A stretch of 64,000 nucleotides of DNA from contig OX597820.1 of assembly GCA_951406725.2 (NCBI GenBank), forward strand, positions 39,742,001-39,806,000. The letters run 5' to 3'. Under the pieces are notes generated by a model that saw nothing but the letters and a program-made list of their open reading frames with translations, had not been told where the DNA came from and ran no database searches. Origin of the DNA: Octopus vulgaris (taxonomy: Eukaryota). Positions 25,862 through 42,158 of this stretch are shown here, in pieces (the stretch's first letter is position 1; every line of letters begins with the position of its first letter). The position numbers were made by a program, and so were the translations under genes.

Positions 25862-25870
<9 letters not shown>
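25035..25870 (+). mobile_element. Non-coding hammerhead-bearing element, copy B, with ~80-bp terminal direct repeats
   Basis: atatagatgtaggtatgtacatatatgtatgt..gtatgcatatgttttatttattaaattgttattatat occurs at ~25047-25117 and ~25798-25870. Internal CT-rich tract; ends in (TA)n. Confidence 0.8.
25571..25648 (+). ncRNA. Predicted non-circularly permuted hammerhead ribozyme, copy B
   Basis: ttgttccggct gggt CGTGT T CTGCC ctta tcttc GAA ACACG cattg agtcgaaacag g GGCAG CTGAAGA a gggga. Confidence 0.65.
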
Positions 25871-25917
<47 letters not shown>

Positions 25918-26484
25918 GCGTTGTGTTTGTATGCATGTGACTGTGTGTGTATATATTCATGGTATGTCGAATAGTCATTGCTGCGAAATAGATAATGGAT
26001 AAGATGGGATTGTTCTGGTTCAGTAGTGAGTGGCAAACCACCCGATGCTCCGAAAACGATTGCCTTTTAAGTGGGATAGCCCGAGAAAGCTTGCTGAATG
26101 GAAGACCCCTCCACACACATACCGAAATACACTCCCCTACTCACATACGGAATTGAATCTGCTTGTCAATATTGAAAAGTGTAAAAATGTCACTAGTTAC
26201 TAGGACCTCTTCCTAATGTTTAATTATTATAGCCCGTCTTAACATTGGCCTTTCAGTACTGAAGATATTTCGAACGACTCGAATGCTTGGCTCGCTTTCG
26301 ATTGTTTTTCAAAGTCAATCCTATTTAATCACTACATAGCGTAGTTATGGAAGAAATGTACTTCATTTGCAGAAGAAGAATGATGTTGGAGGATATAACA
26401 GGCTTCTTTCCCAAATCATCGTTAATCAAAAGTGTAGACATATAGCCACAGGGGTGGCCGTGTGGTAAATATATAGCTGTCGAA

Positions 26485-26554
<70 letters not shown>

Positions 26555-26557
<3 letters not shown>

Positions 26558-26734
26558 CAGCCCTAGAAATCCGTTATAGCACTTATCTAGCTTACCAGGT
26601 GGTTTAGATCACCTGTGAACTAAACCTCCATATTCTGTATATATATATATATAGAATATGGAGGTTTAGTTCACAGGTGATCTAAACCACTTGGTAAGCT
26701 AGATAAGTGCTATAACAGATTTCTAGGGCTGTCT
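26555..26734. repeat. ~180-bp near-perfect palindrome centred on (TA)n
   Basis: agacagccctagaaat...ctccatattct (TA)n agaatatggag...atttctagggctgtct; two mismatches between the ~82-bp arms. Confidence 0.95.
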
Positions 26735-26756
26735 ATATATATATATGTTTGTGTGT

Positions 26757-29640
<2,884 letters not shown>

Positions 29641-29689
29641 TAAGTGTTCTTTAAGAGTAAAAGCAGCTGAATGGTGGCTTTAGGATGTT

Positions 29690-29840
29690 TCTGAGTTGTA
29701 TAGGCGCAAACTTCCCAACCACATGCTTCCGGGTTCAGTTCCACCACATGGCACCTTGGTTCGGTGCCTTCTACTATTGCCTCGGACCCACAGAAGCTTT
29801 GTGAGATTTGGTACACAGAAACCAGATGAAGCCTGTCATG
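29690..29840 (+). mobile_element. Decayed SINE head (family of 51139-51553)
   Basis: cttcccaaccacatg.ttccgggttcagt.ccac...tggcaccttgg...cttctactat...gatttggta.acagaaac. Confidence 0.7.
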
Positions 29841-29869
29841 TATACATACATACACATGTATATATATAT

Positions 29870-29963
<94 letters not shown>

Positions 29964-31639
29964 CAGTATTACAGTCGCTAGGCTGAATCATGTCTAAAAT
30001 GACTGAAACATGTTCGCTGTTGTGATTGTTCATCCGTAATATTTGATATACCCAAATATCAATGTAGATCTCTAATATCTGATTTCGCAAATATCAGACT
30101 TGGATACTGAATATATTTGGTTTTCGGAGTTTTGTTAATGCGATTCTGGATAAAAAATATTATTTGAAGTAGATTTAATTCTAATTAATTAAATATACTT
30201 TTGCTTCGCTATTTTACGTACATTACTTTCCATTTAACTATATGTCACTGAGGCAGAAGGCGTCTATAGAAAATTTCCTTTCGTCGAACATTATGTCATG
30301 AAATGTCAATGGGAATATGTGTCAAACAATTGGAAACATAGCGACAAAGTTTACGACATGTAAATGTCAAAATTTCCGGCATTTAGTGCTAAAATATATA
30401 AAGTTTGAAAATACAAGATATAGGGTCCAATAGTGTTATGTATAAGATAAAAGAATGCGTCGATTAATAACTGAAGTTACAATATGTAAAGATCAAATAT
30501 GACGATTATTTTCACAGATTACGATATGAGTTCAAAATTGAGATATGTACGGAAAAAATAATTGTAGCATGTGAAGAAAATAAATACTTGGGAGCTGTAA
30601 GGTCAAATATTACAATATAAGGATGAAAGATTACTATAAGTAAAGTTAAATATTAAGACATATAAGATGAAATGTATGACTGGTAAGTTTACATGTAAGT
30701 TTAAAACATTGACTTTAATTTGCCAGTCAGAATTTTCATGAGAAACGCTTTAAAAATTTACTGTTTTGTTTATATTTGTCTAATTCTAGAAAGATTAATG
30801 ATAGTAATAATGAAGGTATTTTCAGATTCATGTTATTAATATCAATCATAATAACGCTCGGCTATTGGTTAATAGAAGCAAAATGAATTATGTTTAGTTA
30901 ACATTTCTATGAAAGCAGATATGTCAGAGATGAAAAATATTTGGACAAAGTTTAGTCATAAAGGCGAATTTTTATTTACCAATACATAACCATTATTGCT
31001 ATGAATATTAAACAAACTTTACTCTCACTTGTCGAAATTTTGAAAATGGGAATTAATGTAGATGCATATTTATCGGACATTTCAACCCGGCCTGTATTGT
31101 TTGCTAGATAATTTACACTTAGCCTCCATGACAATAAATAAATAAGCAAAATATTCGACAAAAATGTAGGAAATATAAGTGAGATCTGCAGTATAAAATA
31201 ACACACATACAGAGGTTAAAAAGGAACAAAACAAAAAATAGAAAGTTAGCAATGATTTCCAGAAATAAGGTTATTTGAAAAATATTCACAATGCTTGAGG
31301 ATTATAAAAAATTACTAAAGGTTAGAGGATAGCTAAAAGCAGCTATATCTACCGGAACTATTTCTGGATGGCAGCTAGAAAAGAGGAAAATAGTAACTAA
31401 TAACAAGAAGCAAAAAGACGGAAAATAACCGTATAATATAAAGCAGACGAAGTGCCATGAAACCGGAAGCAACGCGTGCATCTTTGTTTGCTTCCGTTCA
31501 GCTAAGGTTTCTATCGTAAGCTAATGTTATAAAACTTGACGTTTCTTATTTCCAATTATTATCCTCCATGCTTTGCTGTTATTGTTGTTGCGCTGATTCT
31601 GCTGCTGATATTGTTACTGAAAATATCTTTTTTTTTTCG

Positions 31640-31780
31640 GCATATATATGTTGTGTATGCACGTGCACGTGTGTGCGCATATGTGTATATGTGTTGCATA
31701 GCATATATGTGTTGTGTATGCACGTGTACGTGGGTGCGCATGAGTGTAAATGTATATATATATATATAAATATATGTATG

Positions 31781-31851
<71 letters not shown>

Positions 31852-31934
31852 TAAATCTCTGAGCGAGACACATTTAGGCGGCAAATATACTTCATGATAT
31901 ATATATATAGTATATATATATATATATATACATA

Positions 31935-31966
<32 letters not shown>

Positions 31967-32380
31967 TTATAATTATATATGTATATGTGCAAACAATATT
32001 TCTTTGTATATATACATACATGAACATATATAAATCGCATGCATGAATGTATGCTCTTCATTCTTTGTATATATTCAGAATAACAATAATAATAATAATA
32101 AGAAGAAGAAAAACAACAACAGCAACGAAAGCAACAACAACAATACACAGGAATCCTATATGAATATATACGCTGATATGCTTCACATGTATGCATTGCA
32201 TGCATGTATGCAAGTGTGTTCCTACTATTGTATTTCCCTACACCACAACATAATAGGAAACAACGTATATATGCTCACATCCATACAGAGGTATATATAC
32301 ACACACGCAGGCTCGCACACACACATGCGCTCACACACGCACACACACGCACACACACACACATACATACATACACACGC
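31640..32380. repeat. Compound (TA)/(CA)/(AAY) microsatellite zone
   Basis: Read directly. Confidence 0.85.
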
Positions 32381-33339
32381 GTCAGTATTGTTATTGCGAG
32401 TGCTTTTGAGCGACTTTACATTGGCTGTTCTTATATATATATTGTCACCGAAGTCACCGTTGTTGTTCTCGCTGTTTTTGCTCTTGTTATTTTTGTTATT
32501 TGGTATTACTGTTGTTTTTGTAATTATTATTATTTTGTTGTCATTGAAATTACATTTGAAGAAATACATACGTGGACCATGAGAGACACGCTTCTCTATC
32601 GACGACAGCAGTTGATGTTTCGGACATATTACCGCTAATGAATTAACTTTAATAATAATGCTGTTATGTGTTGGCACAATAACAGATAATTAGTAAAAAC
32701 GAGTATGGAATAGCCTAGTGAATGTAAGTTAGCAGTTACTTTAATCCATTGAATTCTATGGTATTTCGTTTAGGACCACAACTATAATTATTGATATTTC
32801 CCCCACTATCGAATATTACTGAAATATATCTAATAAGTCATAAAAATCGTAGTGTGTTTTAAATATTACACCTCCTACATTTCCGTTTCGCGTGAAAATC
32901 GTGAAGGAAAGGATATGATATATTCATCTAATTTTTATTTTTATTTTATTTCACAAATGATTCGTTCTCATATCTAACCCATATTTCAATACAGATTAAA
33001 TGAAAGTTCTAATTGCACTATAAAGCTGAGTATATCTTCTAAAAATATTTTGCTGAAATAGAACTTGTACTGACAGTTTCTTCTTAAAATAACAAGCATA
33101 GTTACTAGAACTCTATTTCCTCCATTTTCTATCGATATTGTGCATGAGAGAAAATGAATTGCACAGGCAAACCTTTTTATATTGAAAACCTTATTTTCTA
33201 GGAAAATGACGCACTGAAGCATAAAGACAACTATGCAAACCGTATTAATTTATTACTTTATTTTTCTCTCTTTCATTTCAACTTTTGCAAAGAAACCGTT
33301 TGAAAACAATGTGTAAAATGCGATGTTGTTCTTCATATT

Positions 33340-33765
33340 GATTTCAAATTTTAGCGCAAGGCCAGCAATTTTGGAGGAGGGAATAAGTCGATAACCTCGA
33401 CCCCAGTCTTTAACTGGTACTTTGTTAGGTTGAGCTAAAGCGTTTGACCCGAGCCAAAAAACAAAAGATAGGTGTAAAACAACTTGCTCTAAACGAATAT
33501 GAAAAAATTCCCGATGTGAATTTTCCGAGGCCTCTCCCCCACCCCCTTTCGCGAGGGCGCATTTTTTTTTACATATTCATTTAGAGCAAGTTGTTTTACA
33601 CCAATTACACTCTTTTTTTTTGTGTTTTGGCTCGGGTCAAACGCTTTAGTTTGATCCTTTTTTTAGGACCTCAAAGGATGTACAACAAAGTCGACCTCAG
33701 CGGACAGAAAAAATGTCGCTAAACCTTTTGCTCGACGCTGTAACGATTCTGCAAGTTCGCCACCC
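33340..33765 (-). mobile_element. Nin/Deu-type SINE interrupted by a MITE
   Basis: tttcaaattttagcgcaaggccagcaatttt...cgaccccagt...ctggtact [MITE] gacctcaaaggatg...aaagtcgacctcagcgg. Confidence 0.7.
33428..33657. mobile_element. MITE with long TIRs and GG termini (possibly Merlin-type)
   Basis: ctaaagcgtttgacccgagccaaaa...ggtgtaaaacaacttgctctaaa is mirrored by tttagagcaagttgttttacacc...ttttggctcgggtcaaacgctttag. Confidence 0.8.
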
Positions 33766-34229
33766 AATTGTTGTTCTTCGTATTGGGATATGTTTCAACG
33801 GATGACATTCAAAGTAATTATTATTACATTTGGATAACTAAATAAATAAAAAAATTATATTTGGCATGTTTCAGTTATTAGATTACAGTCATGCTGGGGT
33901 ACTGCCTGGTATTTGTTGATTTTTTTTCAAAAACTAAATATTATTTCATGACTCACATCTCTTGATTGAAAGTTGCTCATGTCCTCATGATTTAAAAAAA
34001 AATGGACTGAATTAAAAATTTCTTTCTTAAATTATTGTAATAGTAATTTTTATTTTTTTGAATAATAAATAATTACGTAAAACAACTGCTTTGATAATAA
34101 ATTTAAGAATGAAAAATTGGGTATCAGCTGTGAACTCGCACCTACAATTGAAAGATGTGTATGACATGAAGACTATATCACTGCAGAACTGAGCCCCAGG
34201 ACATAAAAAGGCGCTTACTAAAATCTTAG

Positions 34230-34640
34230 CTTGAAATTTTGGCACATAACCAAGAAGTTAATCGATTGCATTAACCCCAGAATTCAACTGGTATTCATTT
34301 TATCAACCCCAAAAGAATAAAAGTCAAAGTTGACCTCAGCAGAATTTGAACTCAGGAATTGGCAAAATGACATAAAGCATTTCACTCGTCGTGGTAACGA
34401 TTGTGACAGAACACTGCCTTTGTGATTATAAAAATACTGGTTTTAAATTTTAGCACAAGGTCAGAAATTTTAGGAACAGGGGCTAGTCGATAATATCGAC
34501 CCCAGTGCTCCATTGGTACTTATTTGATCGACCCCGAAAGGATGAAAGGCAAAACTGACGTCTGTGGAATTTGATCTTAGAACTTAAGAAAGGACGAAAT
34601 GCCCCTAAGCATTTTGCCCGGCATGCTTGTGATTCTGCTT
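34230..34640 (-). mobile_element. Two tandem Nin/Deu-type SINE copies
   Basis: Both contain variants of atcgaccccgaaaggatgaaaggcaaa...ggaatttgaactcag and the aattttggcaca tail. Confidence 0.7.
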
Positions 34641-35454
34641 TTGGGAATATTAAAATATCGCAAATGGTTTTATGATTTTAAATGTTATTTCTTAAGTGTA
34701 TTACTTTCTTAACAATAAAAGAATTAACTGAGGTAGCCTGTCACATTTTTGGGAGAGACGCGAATAGACTACATTTAACAAATTGAGCGCTACCTCGTAG
34801 TTAGCTGCCATAAATGTAATAGACAACTAGTGAAGCACTTCAACTCAAGAAGTAGACCACACACTAAAACTCTGAATAGTAGAAAGCAGTAAGAAATGGT
34901 AAATTTCAAAAGTTCCAGGCAAATTACTTAGCGGTCATGCGCAAGTGCGGTTTAAAAAGAAAAGAATGTTTTAAGACAGCGAGAAAAATACCCGATCGCT
35001 CCACCGAAGAGTAAAGCAATTTTCATGTATGGGATAAAAAAAAGCATTCTGCTTGTAGCCAGTGCCCTATGTATTCATATGATGTAACTGCATGCACAAT
35101 ATTAAGCCTGAGAAGCAATAATACTGACTACATTCACCAACCACTGGCATATGAATTAGGTATGAATGCCATAGGATCAAATAACAAGACAAGAGTTGTG
35201 CCTTCTGTAATGAAACATAGAGTGCTGTTGAGCAGTTTAGAATGAGTTAACCCTTCAGTATAACTAAAAACAACAAAACAGACAGGAACGACAAGAGAAA
35301 AGATACGCAAAAGCAAAAACAATATCAAACCGAGTTGAACAAGATATCACACGAGGAGGGAAAAAAATAGAAACAGAAAGAAAATGTGAACAAAACGAAA
35401 TATTGCTTTACAACGTTTATCTACCAATTTTCTTCCTCACATGAGCGCATGAGC

Positions 35455-35583
35455 ACACCCATACACACACACACACGCACACACAGAAACATACACGTAC
35501 ATGCACAAGCTTACACACATGCACAAGCTTACACACATGCACATTCAAAGACACGGAAATACACACATGCCTGTGTGTGTATA

Positions 35584-35647
<64 letters not shown>

Positions 35648-35753
35648 ACAAAGTACAACACACATCTGTATTGGCGTATGTAGCTATACACGCACACACA
35701 TCTATCTATCTATCTGACTATCTATATCTATATATCCACCTGCGCATGCGTGA

Positions 35754-35807
<54 letters not shown>

Positions 35808-35837
35808 ATATGTATATATATATATATATAATATATA

Positions 35838-35913
<76 letters not shown>

Positions 35914-36045
35914 TATATATATACGTACGTGTCCTTCAAAATAAAGATAGCCAGGCGCGCACACATACACGCACACATACACGCAAACGTACACACACAC
36001 ACACACTCATACTCGTGCGTGCACATACACATGCACACAGAAATG

Positions 36046-36076
<31 letters not shown>

Positions 36077-36896
36077 ACATACACACACACAAACACACAC
36101 ACACACAGAAATATAAGACACCAAGTCGTAGTAATAGCGTAAAGAAAGTTGCCCTAACATACCCCACCCAAAAAAAGACAGATATAAATATACAAGCTTA
36201 CAAACTCACACATGCTCAGTCATTCACACTCAGACACACACGCACTGACATAATGACACACACACACATACACATAAACACTCATGCATATACACTCACT
36301 CACACGTACACGCATACACATATACACACTTATTTTCATACCCATATAAGACACCTAGCTTCAATTTGAGCTATCAGAAAATCGTTAAACATTTACAGGC
36401 TGATGTTTAAATATGCAATACAACCGTCCATTAGAACACTTATAGGAATTCACGCAGGTACACTTTAACGCTGGCGTGGGCAATAAGATGAAACCAAGCT
36501 CCAGGCCAAATTATTTTCTAATAGAACTATGAGAGTAGAGATTCTTATAAAGCAGTGTTGGATTATATCCACAGAACTTGTGGAGGAGGTCGGTAGGAAG
36601 AAGTTGGATTGCTAGAATTTGCTAACTTGAAGTATTGAAGTGATTGTCAAGTTTGTCTTGCCAGAAGGATCCATTGAAGTAAAAGGATGCTAGCTCAACG
36701 AAAGTGCTTGAGTGTTCCTGTATTTCATGCACGTATTAATGTATGCGCCCACATACATATATACATACATGCATACATACACATACATACATAGATACAC
36801 ATATTGGTATGCTGCTTTAAATATATGTATATAATAACACTCATATATATGTGCGTATACACACAAATACGTATGTTCTTCATACACACACACACA

Positions 36897-36940
<44 letters not shown>

Positions 36941-36944
36941 CATA

Positions 36945-36982
<38 letters not shown>

Positions 36983-37141
36983 CATATGTACATATACACA
37001 TATACACATATGTGCATATGTATACATATATAAAAAATATATATACATAAATGTTTATACATATACAAACATAATTCATACATATATATATATATGAATA
37101 TACATACATACACATTTGCAGAAGAATGTATGTATATATAA

Positions 37142-37179
<38 letters not shown>

Positions 37180-37200
37180 ACATGTGTGTGTGTGTATGAG
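35455..37200. repeat. Extensive (TA)/(CA) microsatellite zone
   Basis: Read directly; source of the H/T/Y/I-rich ORFs. Confidence 0.85.
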
Positions 37201-38662
37201 TATGTTTATAAGTATGGTTCTTGGAATGTATGTATATCACTATATACAACCACACACAAGCAACGCTTTCACACACACAGACATATATATTATGAATATA
37301 TATGAGTGAAAGTATTTGTGTATGATAGGCGTAATAACAACGACTGACACAAGCGAAGCTTCATATTGAAGATGAGAGAGAAGTCTAATAGATAGGTTGT
37401 TGAATTTGGTTTTCTGGTGGTGTTGGTGGGATCAATTTCATTTAACAGCCAAAATTCCGCTCCATACAACTAATCAACTTTCGCATTTTCTAACTGAAAT
37501 ACTGTTGAAATTATCCAACTAAGCTAATAACAGAACTCTATCTCTAGGTTCGCACAACGCACGTCACTTCTAAATTGTATTAATTTCGCCGTGTCCTTTG
37601 AGAACTATACTTTAAATTAAAATTAACGACGACCGACATAATGACTCTTCTTCATGTTTAATGAAGTCTACTTGTGTTGAGTGATTAGTGAACAGGTGCA
37701 ATAATCAAAACGACCCGGGTTCATACACGTTTGAAGTTGTTCCTTAGTCGAAGCTCAACTATATTTGAACAAAGCCATCGTTAAACGCATTCTATCTGTA
37801 TCCACCCTTATTTCAGACATGTCCTATCCAAGGTATATTATCTAATACTTACTATTTCACCGATAAAGGCGTCGGAATGTGATTTGAGAGAAAATTTCTT
37901 TTACTTTACGTAATAGGTCATGTGATCACACATATGTTTTCTCATTGGTTCGTTCAACTTTTATTCCCCACATCTGTAAACTTTATTCATATGCTTAACA
38001 ACAGTAAGATGGAATAATTACATTTTTATATCCAGCACTCACGGTGACGTAACATGTGCTAGATATAAACTTTGTTGGAAGATAGAAGTTGAATGCTGCA
38101 GATAGGTCTCGAATCGACATGTTCTCTGAGCATGAATTTTACCGTTCAAAGTGATTTTTTTTTGTTAATCCATTGCTCTACACACTGTTATCTATTTGTT
38201 TCGAGTTCTACCGATGAAAGACGATTTATTTCATATCACACGAAGTTTCTAAATTTCTACGACATAAAAATATGTGTATATTATAATGTACACACACACA
38301 CACACACACACATACACACACACACACACACACACGCACACACACACACTGTCTCTCTATATTTCTCTCTCTCACATACACACACGCTCACACACACGCG
38401 CACACACACTGTCTCTCTCTCTCACATACACACACGCTCACACACGCACACATAATCAGACACATATACACACACAAACATACACATACATGTACGAACA
38501 TTATATAGACTATATGGCAACACAATAAATGCATTCACGCGTGACAAACGCAGATATATATACATATATACACGTATGTATGCATGTATGTGCGTAGTAT
38601 GTATGTATGCATGTATGCATGTATGAATACATGCATGTATGTGTGTGAGTGTGTATCTAGAT

Positions 38663-38930
38663 GCGCGTGGCTAAGTGGTCAATGGGTTGCACTCATGATT
38701 GTAAGGTTGTAGTTTCAATAACTGGACCGGGCTATGCGTTTTATTCCCGAACAAAATCCTTGATTTAGCGTTGTATTAGTTCTCTCAGCACGCAAAAGGA
38801 GTAATCCTCCACCGGATCCTACAAGTAGTCCAGAATCAAGCACGGAAAATGTCTGACCTTGCAATGGGTCGGATGTCACGTGTCTGACGACGTGACAAAT
38901 TCCATCTGGCTGCATGTTACGTGTAGCGTT
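38663..38930 (+). mobile_element. Decayed tRNA-derived SINE
   Basis: gcgcgtggctaagtggt...tcatgattgtaaggttgtagtttcaataactggaccggg head, similar to 13513-13838. Confidence 0.55.
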
Positions 38931-39039
38931 AAGATGAGATGCTATTTATGGTGTTTAAACTATATTCATTGTGAGACACCTTCTATTCAATGGCATTTAC
39001 TATTGAGTAAAAGCACACAGACATGCATGTAGAACTGAC

Positions 39040-40276
39040 ACTAATGGAGACTGGGCTCAGAGGTAAGAAACAACACGAACCGAACATCTTAACGATAAAT
39101 GAAAAGGTAGAGTGTATACCGAAGCGACCAACAATGAGCTTCTGCTCATAGTAAAACAACAATGTAATCCATACATGAGGCTGATAATATCACAAAACTT
39201 AGAAGGCAGCTCATTCAGTAACACTCTTTGTCTGATAACCTAGAATGCATGCCCAAAGAAGTCGTACGACTCTAACGTAATGTATCCTCAGATGAAAGGG
39301 TGAGCCTATATGAGCACATGGATATGTTAGAAGAAAGCGCCGTAACGATACTAACATCGATCATCAAAGCAGTTTATCATGGACCAATAGCCGGATTACT
39401 AGTTCCCATTTTGAAGGGTATACGTTTGCAATCAAGGAACGGGAATATCAACCCAGTAACTGATGCACAAAGAGGATAGGGATGCAGGAAAAGCAGTAAA
39501 ATCTGACAACTGATGCAGACTTTGTGGAGTCCACATTGAAGATATCACCCACATCATAAGCAGTTATCTGAAAATGTTATCATTGCATTATCTACCGATA
39601 AGACTTGATGTTCTAGCTAGGACACTCTATAATGCTGTCCGTCGGAAGGATAATCCCGAGGACAAAGGCATATGGACCCACAATATGGTAGAAGCCATAG
39701 TCACTCATAATAAAAAGGAGTACTGGTGGAATGTACCAGTGAAGACTATAATGGTTTGGGATAGAGAAGAGAAACTATGCACAGTTCTAAAAATTAGCTG
39801 CCCAGAGGATGTTAGCATAAAGCTGAAGATCAGTGAAAAAAGGATAATACCCACGCTGAACTATTGAGAAATAAGAAGTTACTTTATCCAGATTAAATGT
39901 TCAGGTTTATACCTGCAATTATTGGGGCCCTGGGATATGTAACCCTGCCTAAATACCAATATTGAGAAATTAGGCTTCTCAAAACCAGAAAGGAGAAAGC
40001 TAATGCGAAGACTACAGATCCAATCTATCACTGGAACTGTAAAAGTCTGTAAAACTTTCCAGAAGTTTATAATTTAAATATATATGAGCATGTCTAAATA
40101 TGTAACTATATGCATGAGAAAACATACATAAAGCAAATTTGCACACATACATACATACATACATGCAAGCAAAAGTGCCATGTTGTTGATGTTGACATTC
40201 CGACGAAGGAGCCTTGAATCTAGAAACCGGCTCTATCTCTACTGGAAAGAAATCTTGAAATAAAACTGAACAATGG
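39040..40276 (+). mobile_element. R4-type LINE 3' part (CCHC and restriction-like endonuclease), ending in (CATA)n
   Basis: CRLCGVHIEDITHIISS...YLPIRLDVLARTLY...EYWWNVPVKT...ISCPEDV...PAIIGALGYV...LQIQSITGTVKVCKTFQKFII*. Confidence 0.85.
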
Positions 40277-40887
40277 CATACGTACATACAAGCATGGGAA
40301 CTCGAAGCGACGATTCAGGTATTTGGTGTGGGACACTATTTATCGAAAATGCGATAAATACTACCTCCAGCTTTGGAGCCACAACTACCAGCCTTGTTGA
40401 ATAACTGGTTAATCTTCAAATGAATTAACTGAGGAAGTATTTTATTCAGGATCGTAGTGATTTTGACTGAAACTTGAATTTAGCATGCAGAGAGTTATTG
40501 CAAACAACATGGCCGGACACAACATCAACAGCAACAGAACCGAGGAACAGAACGTAAACAATAGTCCAACAAGTAAATAGATTCTTTCTAGTTATAGTTA
40601 TAGGAGAAAATAATCTGTAAAACTTTTCAGAAGTTTATCATTGAATTATATATGAGCTTGTCTAGATATGCAGGTATATGTATGAGAAGACATACATAAA
40701 ACAAAACATACAAATCTGTATGTATTCATAGATCTTGCATGCATACGTACATACATACATACATACATACATACATACATACATACATACATACATAATA
40801 CACACACACATACATACATACATACATACATACATACATACATACATACATACATACATACATACATGCATACATACATACATATAT

Positions 40888-41262
40888 TACTGATTCAATC
40901 CATCACTGGAACTGTAAAAATCTGTAAAACTTGCCAGAAGTTTATCATTTAAATATATATGAGCATGTCTAGATATGCAACTAGATGCTTGAGAATACAT
41001 ACGTAAAACATGCAAACCTGCACATACATACATACATACATACATAGTTACATACATACATACATACATGCATGCATGCATGCATGCATACTTACATACA
41101 TACATACATACATACATACATGCATGCATACATGCATACATACATACATACAAAAATACCCTGTTGTTGATGTTGAAATTCCAATGAAGGAGCCTTCGAT
41201 CTAGGTTAGAAACCGGTTCTTTCTCTATTGGCAAGAAATTTTGAAATAAACTGAATAATGAT
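40888..41262 (+). mobile_element. 5'-truncated copy of the (CATA)n R4 family, nested in another copy (40612-40885 plus 42160-42275)
   Basis: gattcaatccatcactggaactgtaaaaatctgtaaaact...ccaatgaaggagcc...gaaataaactgaataatga, with (CATA)n on both sides. Confidence 0.8.
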
Positions 41263-41292
41263 ATACATACATACATACATATATACATATAC

Positions 41293-42049
41293 AACGTTTT
41301 TTGGTGTCCTGTATGTATATATACATATAGAGGTTGGTATGTATGTATATATGCATATATTTATATATTATTTATATTATTATATGATCGAATGCCACAC
41401 ATCCTTTTCCAAGTAAGTTTTATCTTAATAATTACAATACGCACTCTTCTATCTCTACAATCTCTTCTCTGTCTATCTCTCTCCCTCTCTTGCTCTTCAT
41501 CCTTTCTGGCTTTCTCTCCCAGCCTTCCCTATTCTTCTCCTCTCCTCTTCACCGTTCCCTATCTGTCACTCCTCCTCCACGACTCTCTCGTCGCTGACAC
41601 GTGACGAAGAGCTTCTATCTTTCTGACCACCACCTTCGTAAAGTCAAAACGTGCTTATGATGTTTCCTTCATAAGCTCTCTTCCTAGCGTTCATAATATT
41701 TTTTCTATCATCTTGGCTTAACAGCCCTCACCGTTTGTTGTTACTGTTTTGTTCTCACTGTCCTGTTCTTGTTACAACTTTCACCCTCCGCCAAAAAATC
41801 CCAAATTCTATTTAATTTTCTTTCCGGGAAGGATTGTTTCAACGAAGTCGCGTCTTGTCCTTACCCTCGTTACGCGGAGTAGATGAAACAGAGACAACTG
41901 AAGAAGGGGAATATTCTTTATGTTGCATGTCTCGTTTCTCTGTTTGTTTTTTTCGTTGTTCGAAAAAAAGTTCGTTTCTATGTTTTTGTTTTTATGTTTT
42001 CGTTTCTCATTGTGTTCAACGTTTCTTTATGTCCTGTACCCATAAATGC

Positions 42050-42102
<53 letters not shown>

Positions 42103-42158
42103 GGTATGTACATATATGTATGTATATATGCATATATTTATGTATTATTTATATTATA
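41293..42158 (+). mobile_element. Non-coding hammerhead-bearing element, copy C, with terminal direct repeats
   Basis: Homologous to copy B (ttccaagtaagttttat, CT-rich tract, gggaaggattgtt). tgtcctgta...ggtatgta...gcatatatttat is repeated at both ends. Confidence 0.8.
41834..41910 (+). ncRNA. Non-circularly permuted hammerhead, copy C (GAAA mutated to GTTA, probably inactive)
   Basis: ttgtttcaac gaagt CGCGT C TTGTC ctta ccctc GTT ACGCG gagta gatgaaacag a GACAA CTGAAGA a gggga. Confidence 0.55.

Noticed and set aside
41181-41223. CCAATGA...GAAACCGGT in the R4 3' UTR as a hammerhead
   Set aside because: The core is not CUGANGA in any copy, and a simple stem (gaaggagcc/ggttctttc) explains the conservation better.
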